DNA from: Gracilinanus agilis
Taxonomy: Eukaryota
Assembly (NCBI RefSeq): GCF_016433145.1
Contig: NC_058133.1
Coordinates: 275,601,643-275,665,430, forward strand
DNA: 63,788 nucleotides
Direction of reading: 5' to 3'
This document shows, in pieces, positions 22,827-35,245 of the stretch (within the stretch, counting starts at the first letter, position 1; every line of letters starts with the position of its first letter). Under the pieces are notes generated by a model. The model had not been told where the DNA came from. It saw nothing but the letters and a program-made list of their open reading frames with translations, and searched no databases. A program made the translations under genes and the position numbers.

Positions 22827-23582
22827 GTAAAGCGGGGGGGTAGGACAGAACCAGGAGGTGGGGGTGGGTGCAGACTGGGAAGGTGTCGAGGGTGGGGAGG
22901 AAAAGACCAGAGGGTTCCTGCGGTGAGGGGGAGCTAGGCAGAGAAAGCGGGTACCTGCTCATGCAGTCCCCAGGAAGGGCAGATCTTTTTAGGGGTGGAA
23001 GCAGGGAAAATGGGCGATGGGGTGGCAAAAATGGGCATGAATTGTGGAGGATGAACATAGGAGTGAAATGGGGTGAGCTGCAAGGGCATGGGAGGAAATG
23101 GACCGGGAAGGTGTCAAAAGGATCTATCAGAAGTCAGATGGGCTGCCTCTCCCGTAGTAGTGAGAAAGGAAGTCACTTGGGTAGGTTGGGTGGTTGGATT
23201 GGGTTCTTGAAATGAGGTCCGGATGACCACTTGTTGGAGTTGTTCTAGAGGGGATTCAAGTTCTGGGTATGGGCTGAATGAGATGACTCCAGATTCACTG
23301 AATTTAAAGTGTGTTGGGTGAGTGGGTGGGGGCATCAGCATCAGGTAATTCATTCACAAATGCTGGGTTCCTCCTTTGATCTTCAATCCCCCATTCCACA
23401 AATATCCTATCCCTACATTCCCATAACCCTACTTGTTTTCCATCACTCTTCTCTACCCCTTTCCCTTTCCCTCTCCCCTTCTCCCTTCTAACCGTTCTGG
23501 TCCTCATTCTCCCATATTCTCCGGCCCATCTTCCCCCTTGCCTCAATCTCCACCCTGTCACTATCTGCTGGACCTGGCACAG

Positions 23583-23710
23583 GGTGGACTCCATCATGCT
23601 AGTGGAAGAGGGCTTCAAAGTGACCAGTGTGGATGCCAGTGATAAGATGCTCAAGTATGCCCTGAAAGAACGATGGAACCGTCGTCATGAGGAAGCCTTT
23701 GACAAGTGGG
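23583..23710 (+). CDS. GNMT: GNMT exon 2
   Basis: cacag| [42 protein letters not shown] |gtatgt; 128 nt. Confidence 0.98.
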
Positions 23711-25516
23711 GTATGTGGGACCAGGAGATGATTTGGGAAAAAGAACAGAGACACCATACAGAGAACCAGCATCCTTCACATAATATCCTCTGAAACCCAA
23801 AGAACCAGGTGCCAGAGGACCCGGGTTCTAGTCCTGGTCTTGCCATTACTTGCTTCAATTTGGAACAAGTCACTTCTGTCTGGACCTTAGTCCAGAGGAA
23901 TGCTTCATAAAATAAGGGTATGGAAGAGGTGGAGCAACTAGGTGAGTGTGGTGGATTAGGTGAGGAAGATCTGAGGGAATCCTGCCTCAGACTTAGGAGC
24001 TCTGTGACCCTGGATGTCACTGACCTTTTCAGTGCCTCTTTCCTCCCCTGCAAAAATAAGGAATGGACCTCACTGATGGCCTCAAATGTCTCTACCAACT
24101 CTAACTCTATAATACTCTCACCAGATAAGTTGATCTTCCTTTTGGCTCTTAACATCCTGAAACTGAAAGAAAGTATTTTCCTTAGGCTTCTTTCTATTCT
24201 TTACCCTTTCTACTTCTAATTCATGCCTTAATTTTGTTCTATTTTTTCCAAGTTTTGCTTCTAGTTTTCTCTTCGCTATAGCATCTCTTCAGGGCCTCTT
24301 GTCTCTTAAGGTCAGGGGTCTAGGGTCTCTTCCCATGGCTGATTTCAAAACCAAATCGTCTTGAGGTCAACCACAGGGATCTGACCCTTGCCCTTGAATT
24401 CTTCTCTAACCCCCTTTGTTTTGGGTTCCTAAACTCAGCTATATTATTCATCCTTGCTTTGGTAGCATGGGCCTGAGCATTAGAATGATTTGCTTTCAAT
24501 CCTCCATTTGCCAGTTACTTAGCTGCTCTGCCATTGGAATAAATCTCAAATCTTCTGTTTCCTCATCTGCCTAATGTCAATACTAAGCATTACCCTGCAT
24601 GTTACAGGGACTGAATGAGAAAAAAATGATGTGAAAAGTGGCTCTGCAAACTAGAAAGCATCCGATATAAGGAGGTTTTATTCTTGTCCTATCTGACCAG
24701 TGATGGTCAGATGGAGGGGCTGAATACCTGGGGGTCAGGCAGTCTCATGGGGCAGAGGACAATGAGCAGTCACGGCTGCTTCCTGCAGGTGTGCCAGTCA
24801 TTTGGGGAACAGTAGAGAGGGGATAAGCGGGTAGGTAAGGAGACCTGAACCCCGGGATAGAGATAATAATGAAGGGGATGAGGTTTGTTCCCCTCCTTCC
24901 ATGGCAAAGTAGTTCCCTCTCTGACTTCCACAAATAGCTTTAAGCAGCAAAGGGAAACAGATGGTAGGACCTGGACATGGAATCCAAAGCTCTTCTGGAT
25001 CCTTTCCTTTCACTACCTTTTCCCCCTCCAGGATGGAGTGAGAGAGCTCAGCAGCCATGCTCTCTCCCAGATCCCTCCCTCTCTCCTGGCTCTGGCCTGG
25101 CCCTTGTCCTGCCCTCCTTATGGGGCCTCTCTTCTGTGTCCCTAAATACCTAAAGTCCAGGAGTGTGCTGGGGGAGAGGGGGAGATGTACAATTGACACC
25201 CTTTAGAGCTATCATTAGCATTTCTCCATCACCAAAAGTCTAGACAATCAATAAAACAATTAAGCCCCATTTGTTTTGCCAGTTTCTGAGGTGTTAAGTG
25301 TTCACACTGAAAATTTAAACAACCAGTGAGAGACGCAAAACACCTCTGCTTTTCTTCCCTGTCTATTCTTCCTCCCATCCCAAAGGAACCTGTGTGGCTG
25401 CTGGCCTCTTCAGGACCAAAGGGGAAAGCCTGTATTTAGGCTCGCTGGGCAAGGCAGGGTAGGGAGCACTGCTGGTTCCCATGGAAACGATGCCCTCCTC
25501 TTCTCTATTCCCTCAG

Positions 25517-25633
25517 TCATTGAAGAAGCCAACTGGTTGACCCTGGACAAGGATGTGCCTCTGCCAGCGAGGGGTGGCTTTGATGCTGTTATCTGCCTAG
25601 GTAACAGTTTTGCCCACTTGCCAGACTGCAAAG
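25517..25633 (+). CDS. GNMT: GNMT exon 3
   Basis: ctcag| [35 protein letters not shown] |gtgaga; 117 nt. Confidence 0.98.
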
Positions 25634-25927
25634 GTGAGAAATGGGGTTATAGCTTTCCTTCCTTTCCTTCTGCTCTTTTGATCCCTAAGCTCTACAACCA
25701 TCCCCTTAATTATATTCTTTACCCCACGGTTTAGGTCTCTTTACACCACCCCCTCACTCACACCCACACATATTTCCTCTTCTCCCCAGGAACATCTACC
25801 AGACACAATTCCCATTCCTCATTTCCTTCTCTCCCATCCTGGGTTCAGAGGGCCAAAGGGTGGGTGAGAGAAGTGAGAGGAAAGAGTCGTGGCACTGAGA
25901 TGCTTTCATTCCTTGTTCTGAACCCAG

Positions 25928-26070
25928 GGGACCAGAGTGAGCATAAGCTGGCCCTGAAAAACATTGCAGGCATGGTGAGGCCCGGAGGCTTGCTGGTTAT
26001 TGACCACCGAAACTATGATTACATCCTCAGCACTGGCTGTGCCCCACCTGGCAAAAACATATACTATAAG
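25928..26070 (+). CDS. GNMT: GNMT exon 4
   Basis: cccag| [48 protein letters not shown] |gtatgg; 143 nt. Confidence 0.98.
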
Positions 26071-26959
26071 GTATGGCTCCTGGAAAGGAAGGGGTGTCAA
26101 GGATGCCAGAAAGGAGCCTTACATTGTACCCTCTGGATTTTGTGAAGGGTAACAAGCAACAAAAGTGGTACGGCCCTAGGAGCAAAGGCACAGAAATGAG
26201 AAGCTCAGCAGAGGGTAGTTAATAAACATTTATGGAGTATGCCAGGCACCGTGCTAAGCACTGGGGATTCAAAGAAAGAAAAAGCCAGCCCCCCACTCAC
26301 AAGGAGCTCACATTCCAGTGGAAGAGACATTTGGCACATACAAGATCCAGAATAGATGGACAGTCGTCTGAGAGGGAGGTACAAGCACCTGGGGGTAGAG
26401 GAAAGATCTCTGGCAGAAGGAGAGCCAGGGAAGCCAAGAGGCTGAGATGATGGGGGCAAAGCATTCCAAGCCTGAGAGATGGCCAGTATAAAGCAGAGAT
26501 AGCAGATAGTGCCAAATTGGGGATCTGCAGTTCACCTGGCTGTGCTGTAGAGTTCACTGAAGGGGAAAGTATAAGAATGGAAAAATGGGAAGGGCCAGGG
26601 AGGGAACTTTACATTTGATACCAGAGATAGCAGGGAACCGCCAGCCCTCAGAGAACAGGGGATGACATGGTGAGAAATATACTTTAAAAACCACTGGCAC
26701 TGAGCGGAGAGGGTGGATTCAGTGGGGAAGAGATGAAGCAGGGAGATGAACCAGGATATTGTAATAGTCTAGTCCACAAGGTGATATGGTATTAGACTAC
26801 TGACATGGCTGTGTGGAAAAGGGATTGTATATGAAAGATGTGAAGATAAGAATGACAAGATTTGGAACAGATTGGATATATGAAGTGAGAGCCTAAAGTT
26901 GAGGGCTTTGAGCTTGGCTGACTTGGAGAATAATAGTGTCTTTAAGACTGATGGGGGAG

Positions 26960-27350
26960 CAGGGGCAGCTAGGTAGTTCAGTGGATGGGAACCCAGTCTT
27001 AGAGCTGGGAGGTCCTTGGTTCAAATCTGGCCTCAGATACTTCCTACCTGTATGACCCTGGGCAAATCACTTAACCCCCATTGCCACGTCCAGAATGCAA
27101 TTTTGATTCTGAGACAGAAGGTAAGGGTGGGGGAAAAAAATGTTGATTGCCTCAGCTAGATGGCTCAGTAGATTGGGATCCAGGTCTAGGGCTGGGAGGT
27201 CCTGGGTTCAAATCTGATCTTAGATACTTCCTAGCTATATGACCCTGGGCAAGTCACTTAACCCTAATTACCTAACCCTTACAGCTCTTCTGCTTTGGAA
27301 CCGATACTTAGTATTGATTCTAGGACAGAAGATGGGGTTTAAAAAAAAAG
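26960..27350 (+). mobile_element. Two tandem opossum-type SINEs in GNMT intron 4
   Basis: Two successive SINE consensus copies. Confidence 0.8.
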
Positions 27351-27937
27351 ACTAAGGGAGTTCAGAAAAGGGGGAGTTTTAGGGAAAAGGTTTTATTTTA
27401 GAAATGGCACATACATTTCAAGATGTCCAAAAGGTAGATGGTGATGCAATAATGTAGCTCAGGAGGAACTCAAAGCAGACATAGATATCTGAGAATCAGA
27501 GATGTAGAGCTAGAAGGGATGTGAGAGGCCATCCAATCCAACCCCTTCATTTTACAAATGAGCAAATTGAGCTCCAGAGAAGTGACTCTTCACTGTCACA
27601 CAAGTGTTTGAATTATCTCCAGATACAGATTAAGCCCATGGGAGCAAAGAGATCACCAAGAGAATCAGCAAAAAAAAAAAAAAAAGGGCCCAGGATAGTC
27701 TTGGGGACACACATCTGAGAGGTCTAAGGCTGGTAAAGGGCAGTGACCGGGAATGAACATGAGAGGATCCCTTTGAGGGAGGCAGTAGAATCCTAGGAAA
27801 TGGAAAGAAGAGATAAATAAGAAGGAGGCAATTTGTGAGTCTATAAAAGAACCTATATAGGATCAAAACTCTTGGAAGTGAGCAGGAGGAGGCCTGTCCA
27901 GAGAGGCATTGACAGCTCCCTTTTCTGCCATTCACAG

Positions 27938-28059
27938 AGTGACCTGACTAAGGACATCACTACGTCAGTGCTGACTGTGAACAACAAGGCTCACATGGTA
28001 ACCCTGGATTATACTGTACAAGTACCTGGTGCTGGGCAGGATGGCACCCATGGCTTTAG
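27938..28059 (+). CDS. GNMT: GNMT exon 5
   Basis: cacag| [40 protein letters not shown] |gtactt; 122 nt. Confidence 0.98.
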
Positions 28060-28286
28060 GTACTTGAGCTTTCTTCAGAAGAGGGAAAGGGTGTGAAGTT
28101 GGAGGTGGGCCCACCCAATTTTAGACACGTTCCTCTGGCTCATCTTCTCCCAAGGCTTCTAAACAACAGGCCTAACCTAAAAGTGTATTGACTGAGGAAT
28201 TCCCCCTATTTGTCCTTTACCCTTATGGTCCCCAACATATTATCTCTTGTTTCTCATGCCTGTCTATATATCTGGTCCTATTACAG

Positions 28287-28458
28287 TAAGTTCCGGCTCT
28301 CCTACTACCCTCACTGCCTGATGCCTTTCACAGAACTTCTGCAAGAAGCTTTCCAGGGGCAGTGCCAGCACAGTGTCCTTGGAGACTTCAAACCTTATAG
28401 GCCTGGCCAGTCCTCAGCCCCTTGCTATTTTATCCATGTGCTCAAGAAGACCGGCTGA
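28287..28458 (+). CDS. GNMT: GNMT exon 6
   Basis: tacag| [11 protein letters not shown]...[15 protein letters not shown]; total CDS 888 nt = 295 aa. Confidence 0.98.
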
Positions 28459-28496
28459 ACCACCACCAAAACACTTCATACCACCATAGTCCTTCC

Positions 28497-28502
28497 AATA
28501 AA
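28497..28502 (+). terminator. GNMT poly(A) signal AATAAA
   Basis: Canonical hexamer 38 nt after the stop. Confidence 0.85.
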
Positions 28503-29158
28503 TAGAATTGGCTTCAAAGACACTGTCTGGAATGGGAGCTTGGTGGAGTCCTGAGGAGAAGATGTCCTTTTGCCTAGGACAAACATTATAGAAATGGTAT
28601 CTTTTCTGTTTCTGTTTGTGTGTTAAAAGCCCTTGCCTTCCCCTAAGATGCCCTTCAATTTTCCTCCTCACTAGTCCCTCTTCAGATCCAGAGTCTCAAA
28701 ACTTGTATCCTATTCCTGCTCCCTGGAGAGAGGAGAGATGTTGGAATAACCAGTGTGGGATGTGAATCTTCGCATTGCCACTTATGAGACCCATAAGACT
28801 CTGGACAAGTTGCTTAACCTCTTGACGACTTGGTTTCCTCATCTGAAAATTGAAAAAGCTGGACTAGAATTCTCAGGTCTCTTCCAGTTATTAACTCTAT
28901 GATTCCTATGGTCATCTCTGATTCTTGCCTGGATGACATCCACTAGTCCCATTTTCCCATGGTCTTTGGGTCCCTGAGCTCTTGCCTCATCCCTACAGAA
29001 CCAGAAGAGGGCAGCATACACTTTCAGTCTGGGCTGGAATAGTAAAGAACAGAGATAATGAATACTGTTTTCTAGCCACTTAGCAGCACCCCCAGGCCTC
29101 TTCCTCCACCTTCTCACCATTCCGCACCCACTCAGCCAAAAATAACTCTCTTAAATGT

Positions 29159-29164
29159 TTTATT
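29159..29164 (-). terminator. Likely PEX6 poly(A) signal AATAAA
   Basis: TTTATT on +; first canonical hexamer I found on the minus strand after the PEX6 stop (~700 nt downstream). Confidence 0.65.
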
Positions 29165-29367
29165 GATGCTTTAAAAAAAAATAAACATCAGTCACTTCCC
29201 AATGACTTTTTAGGGGGGAAAAAAAACTCTCCATAGCAACAAAATACACTGGCCATATTGAAAAGATAGGTCTCATCTTTTACCTACAGTTTCTAAACAG
29301 AACCTGGGGAAGGCATGCTTCACCCAGGCCTCAGAAGTGATAATTGGTCAATCAATATTAATGTATT

Positions 29368-29545
29368 AGGGCAGCTAGGCAGCTCAGTAGACAGACAGGC
29401 CTGGAGGCAGGAGGACCTGGGTTCAAATTTGACCTCAGATACTTACTTCCTAGCTATGTGAATCTGGGCAAGTCATTTAACTCTGTTTGCCCTTGTGTCT
29501 TCAAGTTGTTACTAGGACAGAAAGTCATGGTTAAAAAAACCAAAA
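29368..29545 (+). mobile_element. SINE inside the inferred PEX6 3' UTR (antisense to PEX6)
   Basis: SINE consensus between the stop codon and the first PAS. Confidence 0.7.
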
Positions 29546-29864
29546 AAAGACCAGTAATGTATGGGGGAGGGGGACAGGATCTGAGTTGAAACTCCTATAC
29601 TGGGCAAACACTGTAGAGAATGAACCTCAAATAACAGGATTTTCTTTCTGGGGTTACCACTTCCCACTTACCCAGGCTCCTGCAACCCTGACTCCTTAGA
29701 CCTCTGGGTTTGGTATCTGATTTTCATACCCTCTGGTGGCAGTATCCTCCCTCCATAACAAAACAGAACTGGATTAGGTGGCAGAACTGCATACTCCACT
29801 TGGGTCCTTGGTGTTGTTTCAGGGCTGGTGGCGAGGACAGGGCCAGGGGCAGAGCACAGTGATC

Positions 29865-30001
29865 CTAAGAGGCTGTAAACTTGCGCTGAATGCGCTTGTA
29901 ACGGAGCAGCTCCTGCTCAGAGACAGACGGCTGTAGCCGGGCAGCTGCCTGGACCAAGTCTTCCATAGTAAGAAGCAGCATGGAATTAGCTGGCTCTACT
30001 C
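29865..30001 (-). CDS. PEX6: PEX6 exon 17 (last)
   Basis: cccag| [48 protein letters not shown]; 137 nt. Confidence 0.97.
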
Positions 30002-30664
30002 CTGGGGATGGAGGAAAAGAAAAAAGGAAGGTCAAAGAAGAAAGTCCTTGCTCCCTCTCAACTACAGCTGACAGAGGGGAAGGAAAGGAGGAAGGACTAG
30101 AATTTCAGTTGCCCTAAGAGTTCAAAGCCAACAGAAGGATCTCCAGATATAAAGAAACATGAAGAGAACTTTCCTGCTCAGGGCCTAAACAGGACCTGAA
30201 GACAGGGGAAGGTGGGTACTGAAAGTCTTCTTACTGGAGCACAGAATGGGGAACTACTGTCTTCTAGTTAAACAGGGCTTCCAAAAGGTCATCTTATTCT
30301 CTAGCCTCTGGGCACAATGGTGCCCCAGACTAGCAGCTGCTGGCACTTTAAAAACTTTTTAAAAGCAGGGGCAGCTAGATGACTTGATGGTCAGAGAGCC
30401 AGGGCTGAAGATGAGAGGTCCTGAGATCAAATCTGGGCTTAGATATTTTGTAGCTATGCAAAACTGGGCAAGTCACTTAAGTCCCATCTTTCCTCTGGTC
30501 TATATCTAGTAATTTTCCTCCTAGTTTTCTGTTTTCTAAGCTTGATGTCTTCATTTCAGCTTGCTGAGGTTCATGGGCAGCACTTGGGCTGTGGTTCATC
30601 CTGCCTGCTAGGGCCTTTCTCTTGATTCCATTGAGCCTAGGGCTGGGGAAGAGCCTATCCTCAC

Positions 30665-30804
30665 CATCTTCTATATCCTGGACCTTTCGTTTGAGTGCTG
30701 CTGTCATTGCATCAGTACAGAGGGAGTACAAATCAGCACCAGTCAGCTGGGTTGGGCATCGATCCAGGACACTCGACAGGTTCACAGAAGGCTCAAGCTT
30801 GAAC
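30665..30804 (-). CDS. PEX6: PEX6 exon 16
   Basis: [46 protein letters not shown]; AG/GT; 140 nt. Confidence 0.97.
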
Positions 30805-31054
30805 CTGGAATGGAGAGATTGGGTGTGGGATGGGCTTGGTAATGAGAGGATGGTCATAGTTTTGGAAAACAATCTATTTCTGGAATTAACCCCTGGCTCT
30901 CCAAAGGCTATCACTGACCAGCAGTATGTAGTAGATGAGGAATTCAAAACCACGTCCTTTTAAGGTCAAATCTGGAGCACTTCTCATTATATCAGTACCA
31001 AAGTGGCTCATCCAAGCACTAACCTTAACTATCCTACATCCCCTTAGGCTATAC

Positions 31055-31245
31055 CAGTGATTCCCAAAGTGGGCCCCACCGCCCCCTGGTGGGTGCTGCA
31101 TCGATCCAGGGAGGTAGTGATGGCCACACTTTTTTTGTATTACATTCTATTCTGAGTTCAATGAATAGTTTCATAATTTCCAGGGGCGCTAAGTAATATT
31201 TTTTCTGGAAAGGGGGCAGTAGGCCAAAAAGTTTGGGAACCACTG
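31055..31245. mobile_element. 191-bp hAT MITE in PEX6 intron 15
   Basis: TIRs CAGTGRTTCCCAAA (13/14); perfect 8-bp TSD GGCTATAC at 31047-31054 and 31246-31253. Confidence 0.93.
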
Positions 31246-31253
31246 GGCTATAC

Positions 31254-31331
31254 CTTCGTGTGATGGCACTTAGAATGCGAAGCTGGGAAGCCCGATCCTC
31301 ACTTGGCCCCACAAACACCAGTTTATCAAAC
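31254..31331 (-). CDS. PEX6: PEX6 exon 15
   Basis: [25 protein letters not shown] |gtatag; 78 nt. Confidence 0.97.
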
Positions 31332-31596
31332 CTTTAGAGAGAGCAAGAGAAGGCAGAAGTCAGGGTAAGGTAGCAAGGGAAGAGAGTGGGAGCCCAGCCA
31401 AACAGGTGTTCTATTCCCCACCTCCATGGGCCAGGCCTGAGCTCCTGGGATGTTAGTAGGCTGGACAAGTTGTCCACTGGCCAGCTGATACCAATTCTAG
31501 ATAAGCCTGGCCCTGAGAGAAAGTGCAGAACAAGATGATCATGGGAAATGAGGAGTAACTGGAGTATATCAGGTTTCTTGAAGAGACAGAAAGCTA

Positions 31597-31767
<171 letters not shown>

Positions 31768-32099
31768 CTAGGGGCAGAGAGCAGCCCCATCCAGAACCCT
31801 TCCCTACTCTTCGGATTAGATTCTTTTCCCATAATTCCAGGTCTTGTTTATGAAGTCTCTTATTCTCATCCCATACTCCTCATCTCCAGGTCCCTTTTGG
31901 CATCTCTTAACCCCTTTCTTTGATCTTCTATGTGGCCTGCAATCCATATTTCTCTCTTCCTCAGTTCTTTACTACAGTATTTTTTTTTAATAACCTAAGA
32001 GAGAAGGACTTCTTTCTGATCTTAAACTGATGGTCCCAGAACTTGACAATGTGCTATCCTTAATCCGTTCCAGGACTCTGGAGAAGGTGTGTTCTGCTA

Positions 32100-32309
<210 letters not shown>

Positions 32310-32700
32310 CTAGGAAACTGGGGGAACCAACGCCTGAAGAGAAGACTCATTGGGGATGGGTCTGGTGCCTAACCACCCACTAAACCTGTCTTTGAAAACC
32401 CTCTTCTTTCTGAATAGGACCACTGAATTAAAGACTTTATTTCCAAAGAACCTTCAGAGATCTACCTGATCAGAGATCAACTCCCTCATTTGGCAAACTA
32501 ACAAACTGAAGATCAGAGAGGAAGTGATTTGTCTAAGGTTACACAGCCAGTCAGAGGCAAGGCTAGGCCTTAAGCCCAGGTCTTAGATGACCACATCTAG
32601 CGCTTCATCACACTGCCTTTATCTGATCCTTGAAGAGAGGGACTAGAAGGGAGCAGCCTTGGCAAGAGGTTTAGGACAGGGTGAGAGGTTACTAATCTTA

Positions 32701-32841
<141 letters not shown>

Positions 32842-32889
32842 CTAGAGCCCTCCCTTCTCCCCTACCAGGTCTACTTTCCCTTGTCCCTA

Positions 32890-33096
<207 letters not shown>

Positions 33097-33184
33097 CTAG
33101 AGGACAGATGACAGGAGATTGGAAGCATTTTGATTGCATATGAAGGACAGACCATAATTTCTTCTTAAAGTCTAGAGCCCTTAC

Positions 33185-33323
33185 CTTAGGGGCTCCAATG
33201 GCCTGAGAGTGAGCCATCTGCAGCTGTTCAAGAGCCAAAGCAAAGTCCTCTGCCAGGATGGGAAAGCCAGCGGTACACAGCTCCCCCTCATCTTCGTCAC
33301 TCAAACTGCCAGAAGTCATTACA
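33185..33323 (-). CDS. PEX6: PEX6 exon 10
   Basis: [46 protein letters not shown]; 139 nt. Confidence 0.96.
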
Positions 33324-33476
33324 CTGAACAAGGAAATAGTAAAGGGGAGAAAAGGTGTAACTTAGAACTACTACAGCTCTAGGCCTTCTTCTCTCTTCAG
33401 TACTGTAGGCACCTCCCCTCTCCTTAATGTTCCTATTTTCTTATCTCCTCCTTCCCATATTCCAATTACATCTCAC

Positions 33477-33550
33477 CCTGTCAGGATCCTAGCGCAGGCT
33501 GCTCGGCTGCTATAGGCCAACAGGGCACAGAGATCGCCCAACACGAAGCC
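33477..33550 (-). CDS. PEX6: PEX6 exon 9
   Basis: GFVLGDLCALLAYSSRAACARILT; AG/GT; 74 nt. Confidence 0.95.
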
Positions 33551-33971
33551 CTGGGGATGGTATGAGTGAGAACAAGGAAATGAGAAGCCATTGGGATGTA
33601 GGCAGAATGTCATGCTTCCACCATGATCCCGTCCCTGTGCAGATTCTCTGTGAAGGAGATGAGTAAATTTTCCTTATCTCTAGGAGCCAGAACAAAGAGC
33701 CATGGAGAAGAGCAGATCTAAAATTTAACTGGATCCAGCCTTCAAAGTGGAATGGGCTATCCCAGAATGCTCCACCTCATCAGATACTACATGATCCCTT
33801 GTTGAAGACATTGTATAAGTAGTACTAGCTGGACTAATTCTGAGATTCTAAGGCTTGATATATCCAATGAGTCTTTCCATTTCAGTTCAGAAGCAAGTAC
33901 AACCTCACATGTGGGACTTTGGGACTGAATCCTCCATCCATGACCCCCAACCCTTCTCCCCTGCCACTCAC

Positions 33972-34167
33972 CGCACTCCTCCTCGCCAGCTGAGCAAGGT
34001 TCACTTCCTGGCCCAAAGGGAGACGGGAGGTGAGTGCCTGCAGGATGTTGAGCCGATGCTCCTCTGACAGCATGGGGACCTCTAGCTCATGAGGAAATGC
34101 TATCTGTACATCGGGGGGCACATTCTGGGGGCAGTTTGTTGTAGCCACAACCAGCAGAGGTAGGTTA
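33972..34167 (-). CDS. PEX6: PEX6 exon 8
   Basis: [31 protein letters not shown]...[13 protein letters not shown]; 196 nt. Confidence 0.97.
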
Positions 34168-34582
34168 CTGTGGAGTAGGAAGAATGGGTGCTAGAAGGTC
34201 CGAGCTCAGGACAGTAGTGACTATTGCTGCTAGGATAAAGGGGAAGTGAGATGGAACTATGGATGTGAAGGCCCCCAGGTTGGACTATTTTGAGAACATT
34301 TTATGAGTGGCTTGATTCCAGCCCACACAAACAGACTGAGGATTCCCTGAAATGGTGGCCATCTCCCCCTCCCTTGAATATCCCCATAACAGTCAGTATA
34401 TGACTGTGCCCATTGCAAACTGACAGAGAACACACAGTATTAGCTGAGAAAACTAGCTAACAGTAGCTAGGCAGATATGTAACTGATGGGGGGAAGGAAG
34501 AGAGAATGTCCTAGGTCTTTAGCCCCATAGCCTATTCCCCAGAGCTCAATTCTAGATCCCCATAGTGGGTCTGAGAGGATAC

Positions 34583-34791
34583 CTGATGAGGGGATCCTTA
34601 TTTAGAAGAAGATGTCGAAGCACAGCTACCACATGGGCATCCTCACCCAGTCCATCCCGTTCCCAGCCCAGGAGTTCCACACCTTTCAACAGCAGGACAG
34701 AAGGGCGGCAAAGCCGAGCCCGGGAGAAAGTAGCCCGAAGCTTATTCTCCACAGCTGCACTGGTGTCTGCACATAGTCTTGCACAGTCAGC
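34583..34791 (-). CDS. PEX6: PEX6 exon 7
   Basis: [35 protein letters not shown]...[12 protein letters not shown] |gtatcctc; 209 nt. Confidence 0.97.
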
Positions 34792-35133
34792 CTATGGAAA
34801 AACAAAAGGCTGTTAGCGAGGGATTCCCCACAATGAAGAATGGGACTGCCTTAGGGACAATTTCAGCATTTGTTGCATTTTTCCAATGTAAGTAAGAGAA
34901 AAAGAACTAGTATTTATTCATCATGCTCCACCATAACTCCACTAAAGGTGGTGATGTTACATAAACTGATCAAGTTCTTAAGCCCCCCCCTTCCTCTTGG
35001 AAGGTCCACCCAGTGGTCAAACTCCATGGGAATTTGCCTGACCTGTGACACAAAGCTCCCACTACTGCAGTGGGATAGGCAGTAGGGCAACCCTTTCCAT
35101 TGTCTTTACCCAAAGGATTGTGGACACCCTCAC

Positions 35134-35245
35134 CTTGAATAAGTGGAGCCCAAGACGGCCACAGGCAGCAGTGATGGCTGTGGTCTTTCCACTGCCTGGA
35201 GGCCCTCGAAGGAAGACACTGCCAGTCCCTGTCAACAAAGAGCCC
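35134..35245 (-). CDS. PEX6: PEX6 exon 6 (D1 Walker A)
   Basis: [37 protein letters not shown]; 112 nt. Confidence 0.97.
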
